DNA of 40,000 nucleotides from assembly GCA_035559315.1 (NCBI GenBank), contig DATMBJ010000161.1:7978-47977 (forward strand). The letters run 5' to 3'. Both the position numbers and the translations under genes were made by a program. This DNA comes from Actinomycetota bacterium. GTDB lineage: Bacteria; Actinomycetota; UBA4738; HRBIN12. The notes beneath the pieces were generated by a model. That model was not told where the DNA came from, did no database searches, and worked only from the letters and a program-made list of their open reading frames with translations. Shown here one piece after another: positions 25,256 through 33,479 of this stretch; position 1 is the stretch's first letter, and the number at the start of each line of letters is the position of its first letter.

Positions 25256-27598
25256 ATGGCGAAGACGCTCGTGGTCGTGGAGTCGCCCACCAAGGCGAAG
25301 ACCCTGGAGCGGTACCTCGGGCAGGGGTACACGGTCCGGGCCTCCTACGGGCACATCCGCGACCTCCCCAAGAACAAGCTCGGGGTCGACACCGAACGTG
25401 GGTTCGAGCCCGAGTACGTGGTCCCGGAGGACTCGCAGCGCGCCGTCCGGGAGCTCCGCGCTGCCTTCCGCCGGGCCGGGGACCTCGTCCTGGCCACGGA
25501 CTTCGACCGGGAGGGCGAGGCCATCGCCTACCACGTGGCGGAGGTCCTCGGGGTGGCCCCCGAGGAGGCGAAGCGCGTCACGTTCACCGAGATCACGCGG
25601 GACGCGATCCTCGAGGCGTTCCGCAATCCGCGGGCCATCGATCTCCGGCTCGTCGAGGCCCAGCAGGCCCGCCGCATCCTCGACCGGCTGGTCGGCTACG
25701 GGATCTCGCCGATCCTCTGGAAGAAGGTGCGCCCGGGGCTCTCCGCCGGCCGGGTCCAGTCGGTGGCCCTCCGGCTGATCGTGGACCGCGAGCGGGAGAT
25801 CCGCGCCTTCGTCCCCGTCGAGTACTGGACGATCGACGCCCGCCTGGCCCCGGACGGGGACGAGGAGGCCTTCGTCGCTCGCCTGATCCAGGTCGGGGAG
25901 GAGCGGCTCGCCGTCTCCCCCGACAAGAAGGGGCTCGTGCTCCGGACCGAGGCCGAGGCGGCCGTCCACGCCGAGCGGCTCCGTGGGGCCGCCTACCGCG
26001 TGCGGGAGGTGCGCGAACGAGAGGTGAGGCGGACGCCGCCCCCGCCGTTCACCACCTCCACGCTCCAGCAGGAGGCCGCCCGGAAGCTGGGGTTCTCGGC
26101 GCGGAAGACGATGACGATCGCCCAGCAGCTCTACGAGGGCGTCGACCTGCCGGGCGAGGGCCGGGTCGGGCTGATCACGTACATGCGGACCGACTCCGTG
26201 AACCTCGCAGAGGCCGCGCTCGCCGAGCTCGCCGAGGTGGTCCGGCTCCAGTACGGCCCGGATTACGCGCTGCCCAAGCCCCGCCGGTACCGGACCAGGG
26301 CCCGCGGGGCGCAGGAGGCGCACGAGGCGATCCGGCCCACCGCGCCGAAGCGGTACCACCCCGACGCGGTCGAGGACTCGCTCGACCGTGACCAGGCCCG
26401 CCTCTACCGCCTGATCTGGCAGCGCGCCGTCGCTTCGCAGATGCGCGAGGCCGTCTTCGACCAGGTCTCGGTGGACGTGGAGGCCACGGCGGACGGGGCC
26501 ACCTACCTCCTGCGCGCGACCGGGCAGACCCTCCGGTTCGATGGGTTCCGCCGCGTGTACACCGAGGGGCGGGACGAGCCCTCCGAGGAGGACCGGGAGG
26601 CGCTGCTCCCGCGCCTCCGGGCCGACCAGCCCCTCCGGCTCCTCGAGGTCCTCCCCGAGCAGCACTTCACGCAGCCGCCGCCCCGCTACACCGAGGCGTC
26701 GCTCGTGAAGACCCTGGAGGAGCTGGGGATCGGCCGGCCCTCGACCTACGCCCAGATCATCTCGACGCTCCTCGAGCGGGGGTACGTGCGCCTGGAGGAC
26801 CGGCGCTTCTACCCCGAGGACGTGGGCGAGGTCGTCACCGACCTCCTGGCCGAGTTCTTCCCCGACATCGTCGACGTGAACTTCACGGCGCGGATGGAGG
26901 AGGAGCTCGACGAGATCGCCGAGGGGCGGCTCCGCTGGGTCCAGGTCCTCGACGCCTTCTACGGGCCCTTCGAGCGGCTCCTCGAGAAGAACGAGGTGGA
27001 GATCGAGCGGTTCGAGGAGGAGCTGGACGAGCTCTGCCCGCTCTGCCCCCAGGAGGGGCGGGAGCCCGGCCGGCTCGTGGTGAAGCTCGGCCGGCACGGG
27101 AAGTTCATCGGCTGCCGGAACTACCCCGAGTGCCGCTACACCCGGAACCTGGACGGCGGGGAGCGGCCCGAGCCAGAGGTCCTGGACGAGCGGTGCCCGG
27201 AGTGCGGCCGGCCGCTCGCGCGGAAGGTGGGCCGGTACGGCCCGTTCGTGGGCTGCACGGGCTACCCCGAGTGCCGGTACGTGAAGCGCGAGGACCGCGG
27301 CACCGGGGTCCCGTGCCCGCGGTGCGGGGAAGGGGAGCTGGTGCAGAAGCGCGCCCGCCGGGGCCGGCGCGCGAGCGTCTTCTACGGCTGCGACCGCTAC
27401 CCGGCGTGCGACTTCACGGTGAGCCAGCGCCCGCTCCCGCAGGCCTGCCCGAACTGCGGTTCGCTCCTCGTCCTCCAGCGGGACGGGTCGGGGAAGTGCA
27501 TCGGGTGCGGGCAGGTCGTGGAGGGCGCTGGGGAGGCCGCCGGCCTCGGCCGGGGGGCCTCGCCCGGCGGGCGGGCCGCCGGGTCCGCGGAGGCGTAG
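25256..27598 (+). CDS. topA: DNA topoisomerase I (type IA) with four C-terminal C4 zinc ribbons
   Basis: ATG 25256 sits 5 nt after GAGGA. The TOPRIM N-terminus is LVVVESPTKAKTLERYLG...YGHIRDLP, and the active-site Tyr lies in LITYMRTDS. The four Cys4 modules are CPLC..CRNYPEC, CPEC..CTGYPEC, CPRC..CDRYPAC and CPNC..CIGC. Confidence 0.95.
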   Translation: MAKTLVVVESPTKAKTLERYLGQGYTVRASYGHIRDLPKNKLGVDTERGFEPEYVVPEDSQRAVRELRAAFRRAGDLVLATDFDREGEAIAYHVAEVLGVAPEEAKRVTFTEITRDAILEAFRNPRAIDLRLVEAQQARRILDRLVGYGISPILWKKVRPGLSAGRVQSVALRLIVDREREIRAFVPVEYWTIDARLAPDGDEEAFVARLIQVGEERLAVSPDKKGLVLRTEAEAAVHAERLRGAAYRVREVREREVRRTPPPPFTTSTLQQEAARKLGFSARKTMTIAQQLYEGVDLPGEGRVGLITYMRTDSVNLAEAALAELAEVVRLQYGPDYALPKPRRYRTRARGAQEAHEAIRPTAPKRYHPDAVEDSLDRDQARLYRLIWQRAVASQMREAVFDQVSVDVEATADGATYLLRATGQTLRFDGFRRVYTEGRDEPSEEDREALLPRLRADQPLRLLEVLPEQHFTQPPPRYTEASLVKTLEELGIGRPSTYAQIISTLLERGYVRLEDRRFYPEDVGEVVTDLLAEFFPDIVDVNFTARMEEELDEIAEGRLRWVQVLDAFYGPFERLLEKNEVEIERFEEELDELCPLCPQEGREPGRLVVKLGRHGKFIGCRNYPECRYTRNLDGGERPEPEVLDERCPECGRPLARKVGRYGPFVGCTGYPECRYVKREDRGTGVPCPRCGEGELVQKRARRGRRASVFYGCDRYPACDFTVSQRPLPQACPNCGSLLVLQRDGSGKCIGCGQVVEGAGEAAGLGRGASPGGRAAGSAEA

Positions 27599-29631
27599 TG
27601 GCGGGCTTCGCGGACGAGGTCGCGGCGCTCCGGGGGACCAGGTCGGCGACCCTCCGCGACCTCCTCACCCACCCGCCGTTCTCCCGGCTCCTCGCCGCGA
27701 TGGCGGTGTCCTCGTTCGGGGACTGGGTGGGGTTCGTCGCGGTCACCGCGCTCGTGGCCCGCCTGGGGCGGACGCCGGGGGGCGCGGCGTTCGCGGTCTC
27801 GGGCGTGATGATCGCGCGGATGCTCCCGGCCATCCTGTTCGGGCCCTTCGCCGGCGCGATCGTGGACCGCCTGGACCGCAAGCAGGTGATGATCGTGGCC
27901 GATGCGGCCCGCGCCGCGATGTACTCCTCGATGCCGTTCCTCGGTGAGCTCTGGGCGATCTACCTGCTCTCGTTCGCGATCGAGTGCCTGTCGCTGCTCT
28001 GGACCCCGGCTCGCGACGCGAGCCTGCCCCGGCTCGTGCCCCGCCGCCAGCTGGCGAACGCGAACTCGATCGGGCTGATCACCGCGTACGGCACGCTGCC
28101 GTTCGGTGGCGCGGCGTTCGCCGCCCTCGCGGGGGTGGCGGAAGGGCTCTCGGCCCGGGTCCCCTACCTGGCGGCCCGGCCCGAGGCCCTCGCGCTCTGG
28201 GCCGACGCCGGGACGTTCCTGTTCTCCGCGGTGATGCTCACCGGGGTCCCGATCCGCACCGCGGCCGCCCGGCGCGCGGCCCGGGTGGACCTCACGCTGA
28301 TCGGGCGGGACATCGTGGAGGGCCTGCGGTTCCTCCGGGAGCACCCCCTGGCCCGGGCCATGACCACGGGGATCGTGGTGGCCTTCAGCGCGGTGGGGGC
28401 GGTGCTCGCGCTGGGCCCGGTGTTCGCCACCCAGACCCTGGGGGCCGGGAGCGCCGGCTGGGGGGTCCTGGTCACGGCGTTCGGGGTCGGGATGGGCGTG
28501 GGGATGGCCACGGTGAGCCGCGCGGCCCGGGCCGCCGAGATCGACCAGGTCTTCTCCTGGTCCCTCCTCGCCGCCGCCGCCACGCTCTTCGTCCTGGCCT
28601 CCATGCCGAACCTCTCGCTGGCGTCGGTGCTCACCGTGGTCCTCGGGTTCTTCTGCGGCGCGACGTGGGTCTCGGGCTACGTCCTCCTCCAGGAGAACGT
28701 GCCCGACGAGTACCGGGGGCGGACCTTCGGATCGCTCACCGTCCTCGGCCGCCTCGGGCTGTTCGTCTCGCTCGTCGCGTTCCCCGCCCTGGCCGCGATC
28801 TACGGCGACCACGAGGCGTTCGTGGGCGGCCAGCGGCTGGACCTCTCCGGAACCCGCCTGGCCCTGGCCACGGTCGGCCTGGGGGTCATCGCGGCGGGGA
28901 TCCTCACGCGGCTCGGCCTCCGCCGCCACCGGCTGTCGAAGCCGGTCCCGCTCTCGCTCGTGCCCCGGCTGAAGCGCCCGCCCGCCGCCGGGCTGTTCGT
29001 GGTGTTCGAGGGGGTCGAGGGGTCGGGGAAGGGCACCCAGATCGAGCGGGCGGCGGCGTTCCTCCGCGAGCGCGGCTACGACGTGCTCGTGACCCGGGAG
29101 CCCGGGGGGACCGAGGTCGGCGAGGCCCTCCGCGAGCTCCTGCTCTCGGTCGACACCGGGAGGCTCGAACCGCGGGCCGAGGCGCTCCTGTTCGCCGCGG
29201 CCCGGGCTCAGCACGTGGCCACCGTGATCCGCCCGGCCCTGGCCGAGGGGAAGGTGGTGCTCTGCGACCGCTACGTGGACTCCTCCCTCGCCTACCAGGG
29301 GTGGGGCCGGGGGCTCGGGGAGCAAGACGTGCTCACGCTGAACGTCTGGGCCACGCAGGGGCTCTTCCCCGACCTCGTGATCCTCCTCCACCTCGAGCCC
29401 GAGGAGGGGCTCCGGCGGATCGGCCGCGAGCCCGACCGGATCGAGGCCGAGGGCCCCGGGTTCCTCGACAAGGTGTCGGACGCGTACCTCAGGATCGCGG
29501 AGGAGCACCCCGAGCGGTTCGTCGTGGTCGACGCCGGGCGGCCCGAGGAGGAGGTGGCGGCGGCGGTCCGCGAGGCCCTGCTCCGGCTGCTCAAGGAGCG
29601 CGAGGAGAACCACCCCGGGGGCGCCGGGTGA
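27598..29631 (+). CDS. tmk: Fusion protein: N-terminal MFS-type transporter domain + C-terminal dTMP (thymidylate) kinase
   Basis: GTG 27598 shares its G with the topA TAG and sits 4 nt after GGAGG. Roughly 460 aa form the polytopic MFS-like part (FSRLLAAMAVSSFGDWVGFVAVTAL..., DRLDRKQVMIVAD). The Tmk domain runs from about nt 28981 (FVVFEGVEGSGKGTQ, TREPGGT, DRYVDSSLAYQG). There is no in-frame stop between the two parts. Confidence 0.85.
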   Translation: MAGFADEVAALRGTRSATLRDLLTHPPFSRLLAAMAVSSFGDWVGFVAVTALVARLGRTPGGAAFAVSGVMIARMLPAILFGPFAGAIVDRLDRKQVMIVADAARAAMYSSMPFLGELWAIYLLSFAIECLSLLWTPARDASLPRLVPRRQLANANSIGLITAYGTLPFGGAAFAALAGVAEGLSARVPYLAARPEALALWADAGTFLFSAVMLTGVPIRTAAARRAARVDLTLIGRDIVEGLRFLREHPLARAMTTGIVVAFSAVGAVLALGPVFATQTLGAGSAGWGVLVTAFGVGMGVGMATVSRAARAAEIDQVFSWSLLAAAATLFVLASMPNLSLASVLTVVLGFFCGATWVSGYVLLQENVPDEYRGRTFGSLTVLGRLGLFVSLVAFPALAAIYGDHEAFVGGQRLDLSGTRLALATVGLGVIAAGILTRLGLRRHRLSKPVPLSLVPRLKRPPAAGLFVVFEGVEGSGKGTQIERAAAFLRERGYDVLVTREPGGTEVGEALRELLLSVDTGRLEPRAEALLFAAARAQHVATVIRPALAEGKVVLCDRYVDSSLAYQGWGRGLGEQDVLTLNVWATQGLFPDLVILLHLEPEEGLRRIGREPDRIEAEGPGFLDKVSDAYLRIAEEHPERFVVVDAGRPEEEVAAAVREALLRLLKEREENHPGGAG

Positions 29632-29641
29632 GGGGGCGGCG

Positions 29642-30775
29642 GTGAGCGGCTCGCCCGTGCTGGAGCGGGTCCCCGGCCAGGACCAGGCGGTGGCGTTCCT
29701 GGCCCAGGCGGCGGCGCGGCCCCACCACGCGTACGTGTTCGCGGGGCCGGAGGGGAGCGGGAAGCAGCTCGCGGCCCGGGCCTTCGTCGCCGCCCTCCTC
29801 TGCGAGCGGCGGGGGTGCGGGGAGTGCAGGGCCTGCCGGCTCGCGCTCGCCGAGCGCCACCCCAACGTGTTCGTGGTGGAGCCCGAGGGCCGGGAGATCC
29901 ACGTGGAGACGGTCCGGGAGGAGGTCTGGCACCCGGCCTACCGCACGCCCCCCGAGCCCGGCCGGAAGGTCTTCGTGATCCGGGAGGCCGACCGGTTGAA
30001 CCCGGCGGCCGCCGACGTCCTCCTCAAGGTGCTGGAGGAGCCGCCGGCCGATGCCGTCCTGCTGCTCCTCTCGGCGCGGGCGCACGAGCTGCCGGAGACC
30101 GTGCTCTCGCGCTGCCACGTGGTGACGTTCCGGCCCCTCGCCGAGCCCTTCGTCGTGGACACCTTGATCAGCGAGGGGGCGCCGCCCGAGCTGGCGCGGG
30201 TCGCGGCGCGGCTCTCCGGGGGGAACCTGGGCCGGGCCAGGCGGCTCGCGACCGTGGAGGGGCTCGGGTTCCGGGACGTCGCCCGGGACGCGATGGCCCG
30301 GGCCCGGGAGGGTCCGGCCGGAGCCCTCGCCGCGGCGGACCTGGTCCTGGCCGCCGGGGAGGCGTACCGGAAGGGGCTCGCGGAGGAGTTCCGGGCGGAG
30401 CTCGAGCCGTTCCTCGACGAGCGGGGGCGGGTGGAGGAGGCCTACCGGGGCGCCGTCCGTCGGATCGAGACCCGTCAGAAGCGGCGGGAGCGGCGGGCCG
30501 AGCGGGACTTCCTCGACCGGGTCCTGCTCGCGTGCTCGGCCCTCCTGCGGGACCGGGTGGTGACGGCGCTCGGCGGGGGCCCGGAGCTGCTGCTCAACGC
30601 GGACCTGGATCCGGGGCGCGGCTCGGTCCCCGCCGACGCGCGAGCGATCGCCGCGATCGAGGAGGCCCGCGCGGCCCTCGCGGAGGACCTCAACCTGAAC
30701 CCCCGCCTGGTGCTCGAGGAGGCCTTCCTCCGCCTGGCGGGGGACGCGGCGGGGCGGGGCTCCCTCCACCGGTGA
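29642..30775 (+). CDS. holB: DNA polymerase III subunit delta-prime
   Basis: HAYVFAGPEGSGKQLAARAFVAALLCE, the Zn module CGECRACR, HPNVFVVEP, and VFVIREADRLNPAAADVLLKVLEEPP. Confidence 0.88.
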   Translation: MSGSPVLERVPGQDQAVAFLAQAAARPHHAYVFAGPEGSGKQLAARAFVAALLCERRGCGECRACRLALAERHPNVFVVEPEGREIHVETVREEVWHPAYRTPPEPGRKVFVIREADRLNPAAADVLLKVLEEPPADAVLLLLSARAHELPETVLSRCHVVTFRPLAEPFVVDTLISEGAPPELARVAARLSGGNLGRARRLATVEGLGFRDVARDAMARAREGPAGALAAADLVLAAGEAYRKGLAEEFRAELEPFLDERGRVEEAYRGAVRRIETRQKRRERRAERDFLDRVLLACSALLRDRVVTALGGGPELLLNADLDPGRGSVPADARAIAAIEEARAALAEDLNLNPRLVLEEAFLRLAGDAAGRGSLHR

Positions 30776-30776
30776 A

Positions 30777-31208
30777 GTGGTGCCAGCATCACTGCACGAG
30801 CCCGCTCGCCGTGGGACCCTTGGAGGTGACGTTGGGGGTGCCGTGTCGGTGCGGGTGCTGATCGTGGACGACCAGGCGCCGTTCCGCGTGGCCGCCCGGA
30901 TGGTCGTGGAGGCCACGGAGGGCTTCGAGGTCGTGGGGGAGGCCGAGACCGGGGAGGAGTCGGTCGAGCTCTCGCGCTCGCTCCGCCCCGACCTCGTGCT
31001 GATGGACGTGAACCTCCCGGGGATCGACGGGCTGGAGGCGACGCGGCGGATCCTGGCGCAGGGCGCCCCGGTGGTGCTCCTGCTCTCGACCTACGAGGAG
31101 GAGGAGTACGCGCCGCGGGCCGCGGAGTGCGGCGCCGCCGCCTACATCCCGAAGGCCGTGTTCGGCCCGGACCGTCTGGAGCAGGCCTGGGCTGCCGCCC
31201 GGGGGTAG
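30777..31208 (+). CDS. Stand-alone response-regulator receiver domain (NarL-subfamily type, no output domain)
   Basis: The phosphorylation pocket is intact: LIVDDQ, LVLMDVNLPGIDG, LLLSTY and YIPK. The protein stops right after helix alpha-5 with no HTH. The start is GTG 30777 (2 nt after the holB stop) or, giving a more typical length, GTG 30843. Confidence 0.85.
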   Translation: MVPASLHEPARRGTLGGDVGGAVSVRVLIVDDQAPFRVAARMVVEATEGFEVVGEAETGEESVELSRSLRPDLVLMDVNLPGIDGLEATRRILAQGAPVVLLLSTYEEEEYAPRAAECGAAAYIPKAVFGPDRLEQAWAAARG

Positions 31209-31259
31209 GAACGCGGGAACCTCCCTGCCCGGCCCCTCGACGAGCGGAACGGGCACGCC

Positions 31260-33479
31260 TCAGGTTGTCGCCGGGGCGGATCTCACGGGCACGCGGCCGG
31301 CCACGGTGGTCCCTCGGCCCGGAGCGGTCCGGATCTCCAGCGAGCCTCCTAGCGCCTCCAGCCGGTCGGCCATCCCCTGGAGGCCGCTGCCCCGAGGAGC
31401 GGAGGCGGGATCGAAGCCCGCTCCGTCGTCCACGACCTCGAACCGGAGGACCTCGTCCGAGGCCGATAGCCGGACCTCGGCGCGGGCGTCCCCCGCGTAC
31501 TTCGCGACGTTCTGGAGCGCCTCGAGCACCGAGAAGTACACGGCGGCCTCCACCTCCTCGGGGTACCGGGACACGCCGTCGGCTTGGACGGCCACGGGGA
31601 TCGGGGAGCGATGGGCCTGGGCTTGGATCGCGGCCGCCAGGCCGCGATCGGCCAGGAGCGGAGGGTAGATCCCCCGGGCCAGGTCGCGGAGGTTCTCCAG
31701 GGCGTCCGCGGCGTCCCCCTGGAGCTTGGCGATCGCCTCCTTCGCTCGCGTCGCGTCCCGGTCCACCAGCTGTTCGGCCAGGCGGGCGTGCACCGCGAGC
31801 GCCACGAGCTGCTGCTGGGCGCCGTCGTGGAGGTTCCGCTCGATCCGGCGGCGCTCCTCGTCCTGCGCGGCGACCAGGCGGCGCCGGGACTCCCTGAGCT
31901 CCTCGATCAGTCGGACGTTCCGGAGCACGAGGCCGGCCTGTCCGGCGAGGTCGTGCACGAGCTTCTCCTTCGCTGGGTTCATGGGATCCGATGCGGGCAT
32001 CCGGACGGAGAGCGCGCCGAGCAGCTCCCCCCGGTGCCTGACTGCCACCGCATGCTCGCCGCCCTGGAACGACGGCAGCTGGGCGCCGGTGAGCCCGAGG
32101 GGGGCGCTCGTGTGCGCGCCGGTCCCCGCCCCCGGGCGGAGCTCGTCGCCAACGCGGAGCCACACGGTGGCCGCCTCCGCTCCGGTCCCCGCGGCCAGGA
32201 TCTGGGCCATCCTCGGCAGGACGTCCTCGGTCGGGTACGTCCCCGCCATGCGGCCAGAGAACTCCGCGAGCACCTCGTAGGGCGTGGCCCGCTTCCCGTA
32301 CACGAGCCGGTCGGCGATCCGCCTGGCCCGGCGGCGGAGTGGCCCGGTGAGGAGGCCGAGCGCGAGCCCCACCGAGAGCGGGAGGAAGCTGACGTCCGCC
32401 CCGCCCCTCCCGACGAGGGCGAGCGGGACGACGGCGAAGGCGAGGAGACCGAGCATCGTGAGGCCGGCGACCACGACGGCGGCGACCACCGCCTTGCGGA
32501 TCACGACGTCGAGTTCCCACAGGCCGTGACGGAAGATCGCCACGAGGTAGGCGGCTGGGATCCCGGCGGCCAGCGTGAAGGCGGTGAGCCCCAACAGGAC
32601 GTCGAAGACCGGGAGGTCCGCGTCCCGGAGGAAGAACGCGGCTCCCAGCCCCAGCATCCACTGGAGCGCCAGGAAGGTCCCGCCCAACAGGGCCACCGAC
32701 ACGAGCCAGCGAACCCGCTGGCGCTCCCCGCCCACCGACGCCCGGAACCGTTGCCGCACGGCGAAGGCGGTGGAAAGGGCGGATGTGAGGGCGATCATGG
32801 TTCCCAGGGCGATCACCCCACCGCCGGAGCGAGCGAACGCATCGATCCCGAAGGGGTTCTGGTAGAGGATCCCGTTCTGGAGCCAGGTGTTCATCGGGCC
32901 GGGCCGGAGCAGGAACCCGACGAAGGCGATCGTTGCGCCGCCGATGAGCCCCCGGACCGCCCACCGCCACCGGGGGCTCGGGGGATGGCCGTTCGGGTAG
33001 AGGACGAATAGGAGGGGGACGAGCGCGATCGGGTACTGGACGTACTCACCCAGCACGGCCCAGGCGCCGATCAGCGGGACCGCGCCCGGCTTCGTCTTCA
33101 CCCCGTAGACGACGAGCGGGAGCAGGAAGGAGAGCAACGGGAGCGGTGCCCCGACGGCGACGAAGATCCATCCCGCCCAGTTGCCCGGCTGCCGGGAGAC
33201 GATGAGGGAGCCCACGATGATCCATCCCAGCGCGATCGCGACGAGTATCCCGGTGATCCAGCTTCCACCGCTCTCGGGATCGCCCCGGACGGCGAGGTCC
33301 GCCCGGACCTCCTCCAGGACCTCCCGCGTTCGGGCCGTGTCGAAGTCGCCGCCGACGACGACGACGTCCGGGGTCCGGGCGGCCCGGTTGGCCGCGTTCA
33401 GCGGCATGCTGGCGACGATGGCCGCCGCGCACACCGCGAGGATCGCCAGCGAGAGTCCCCGGGCGGCGCCGCGGCTCAC
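31260..33479 (-). CDS. Polytopic sensor histidine kinase, GAF-like + HisKA_3 + HATPase_c (array member HK1)
   Basis: H-box is EERRRIERNLHDGAQQQLVAL, N-box LEALQNVAKYA, G-boxes VDDGAGFD and GSGLQGMADR. The multi-TM N-terminus has SRQPGNWAGWIF and RHGLWELDVVIRK. GTG 33477-33479 overlaps the HK2 stop (GTGA). The upstream in-frame ORF extension was rejected. Confidence 0.9.
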   Translation of the reverse strand: MSRGAARGLSLAILAVCAAAIVASMPLNAANRAARTPDVVVVGGDFDTARTREVLEEVRADLAVRGDPESGGSWITGILVAIALGWIIVGSLIVSRQPGNWAGWIFVAVGAPLPLLSFLLPLVVYGVKTKPGAVPLIGAWAVLGEYVQYPIALVPLLFVLYPNGHPPSPRWRWAVRGLIGGATIAFVGFLLRPGPMNTWLQNGILYQNPFGIDAFARSGGGVIALGTMIALTSALSTAFAVRQRFRASVGGERQRVRWLVSVALLGGTFLALQWMLGLGAAFFLRDADLPVFDVLLGLTAFTLAAGIPAAYLVAIFRHGLWELDVVIRKAVVAAVVVAGLTMLGLLAFAVVPLALVGRGGADVSFLPLSVGLALGLLTGPLRRRARRIADRLVYGKRATPYEVLAEFSGRMAGTYPTEDVLPRMAQILAAGTGAEAATVWLRVGDELRPGAGTGAHTSAPLGLTGAQLPSFQGGEHAVAVRHRGELLGALSVRMPASDPMNPAKEKLVHDLAGQAGLVLRNVRLIEELRESRRRLVAAQDEERRRIERNLHDGAQQQLVALAVHARLAEQLVDRDATRAKEAIAKLQGDAADALENLRDLARGIYPPLLADRGLAAAIQAQAHRSPIPVAVQADGVSRYPEEVEAAVYFSVLEALQNVAKYAGDARAEVRLSASDEVLRFEVVDDGAGFDPASAPRGSGLQGMADRLEALGGSLEIRTAPGRGTTVAGRVPVRSAPATT

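Noticed and set aside
27130-27597. N-terminal extension of the MFS-Tmk ORF back to 27130, overlapping the topA 3' end.
   Set aside because: That stretch is an off-frame reading of the topA zinc-ribbon region and is Arg/Gly/Pro-rich. The GTG at 27598 has a proper GGAGG, and the MFS hydrophobic pattern begins right after it.
28950-28990. Possibility that tmk is a separate gene starting at an internal GTG (LVPRLK region).
   Set aside because: There is no in-frame stop codon to end the MFS part, so the membrane domain necessarily reads through into Tmk. An additional internal start cannot be excluded, but the fusion stands.
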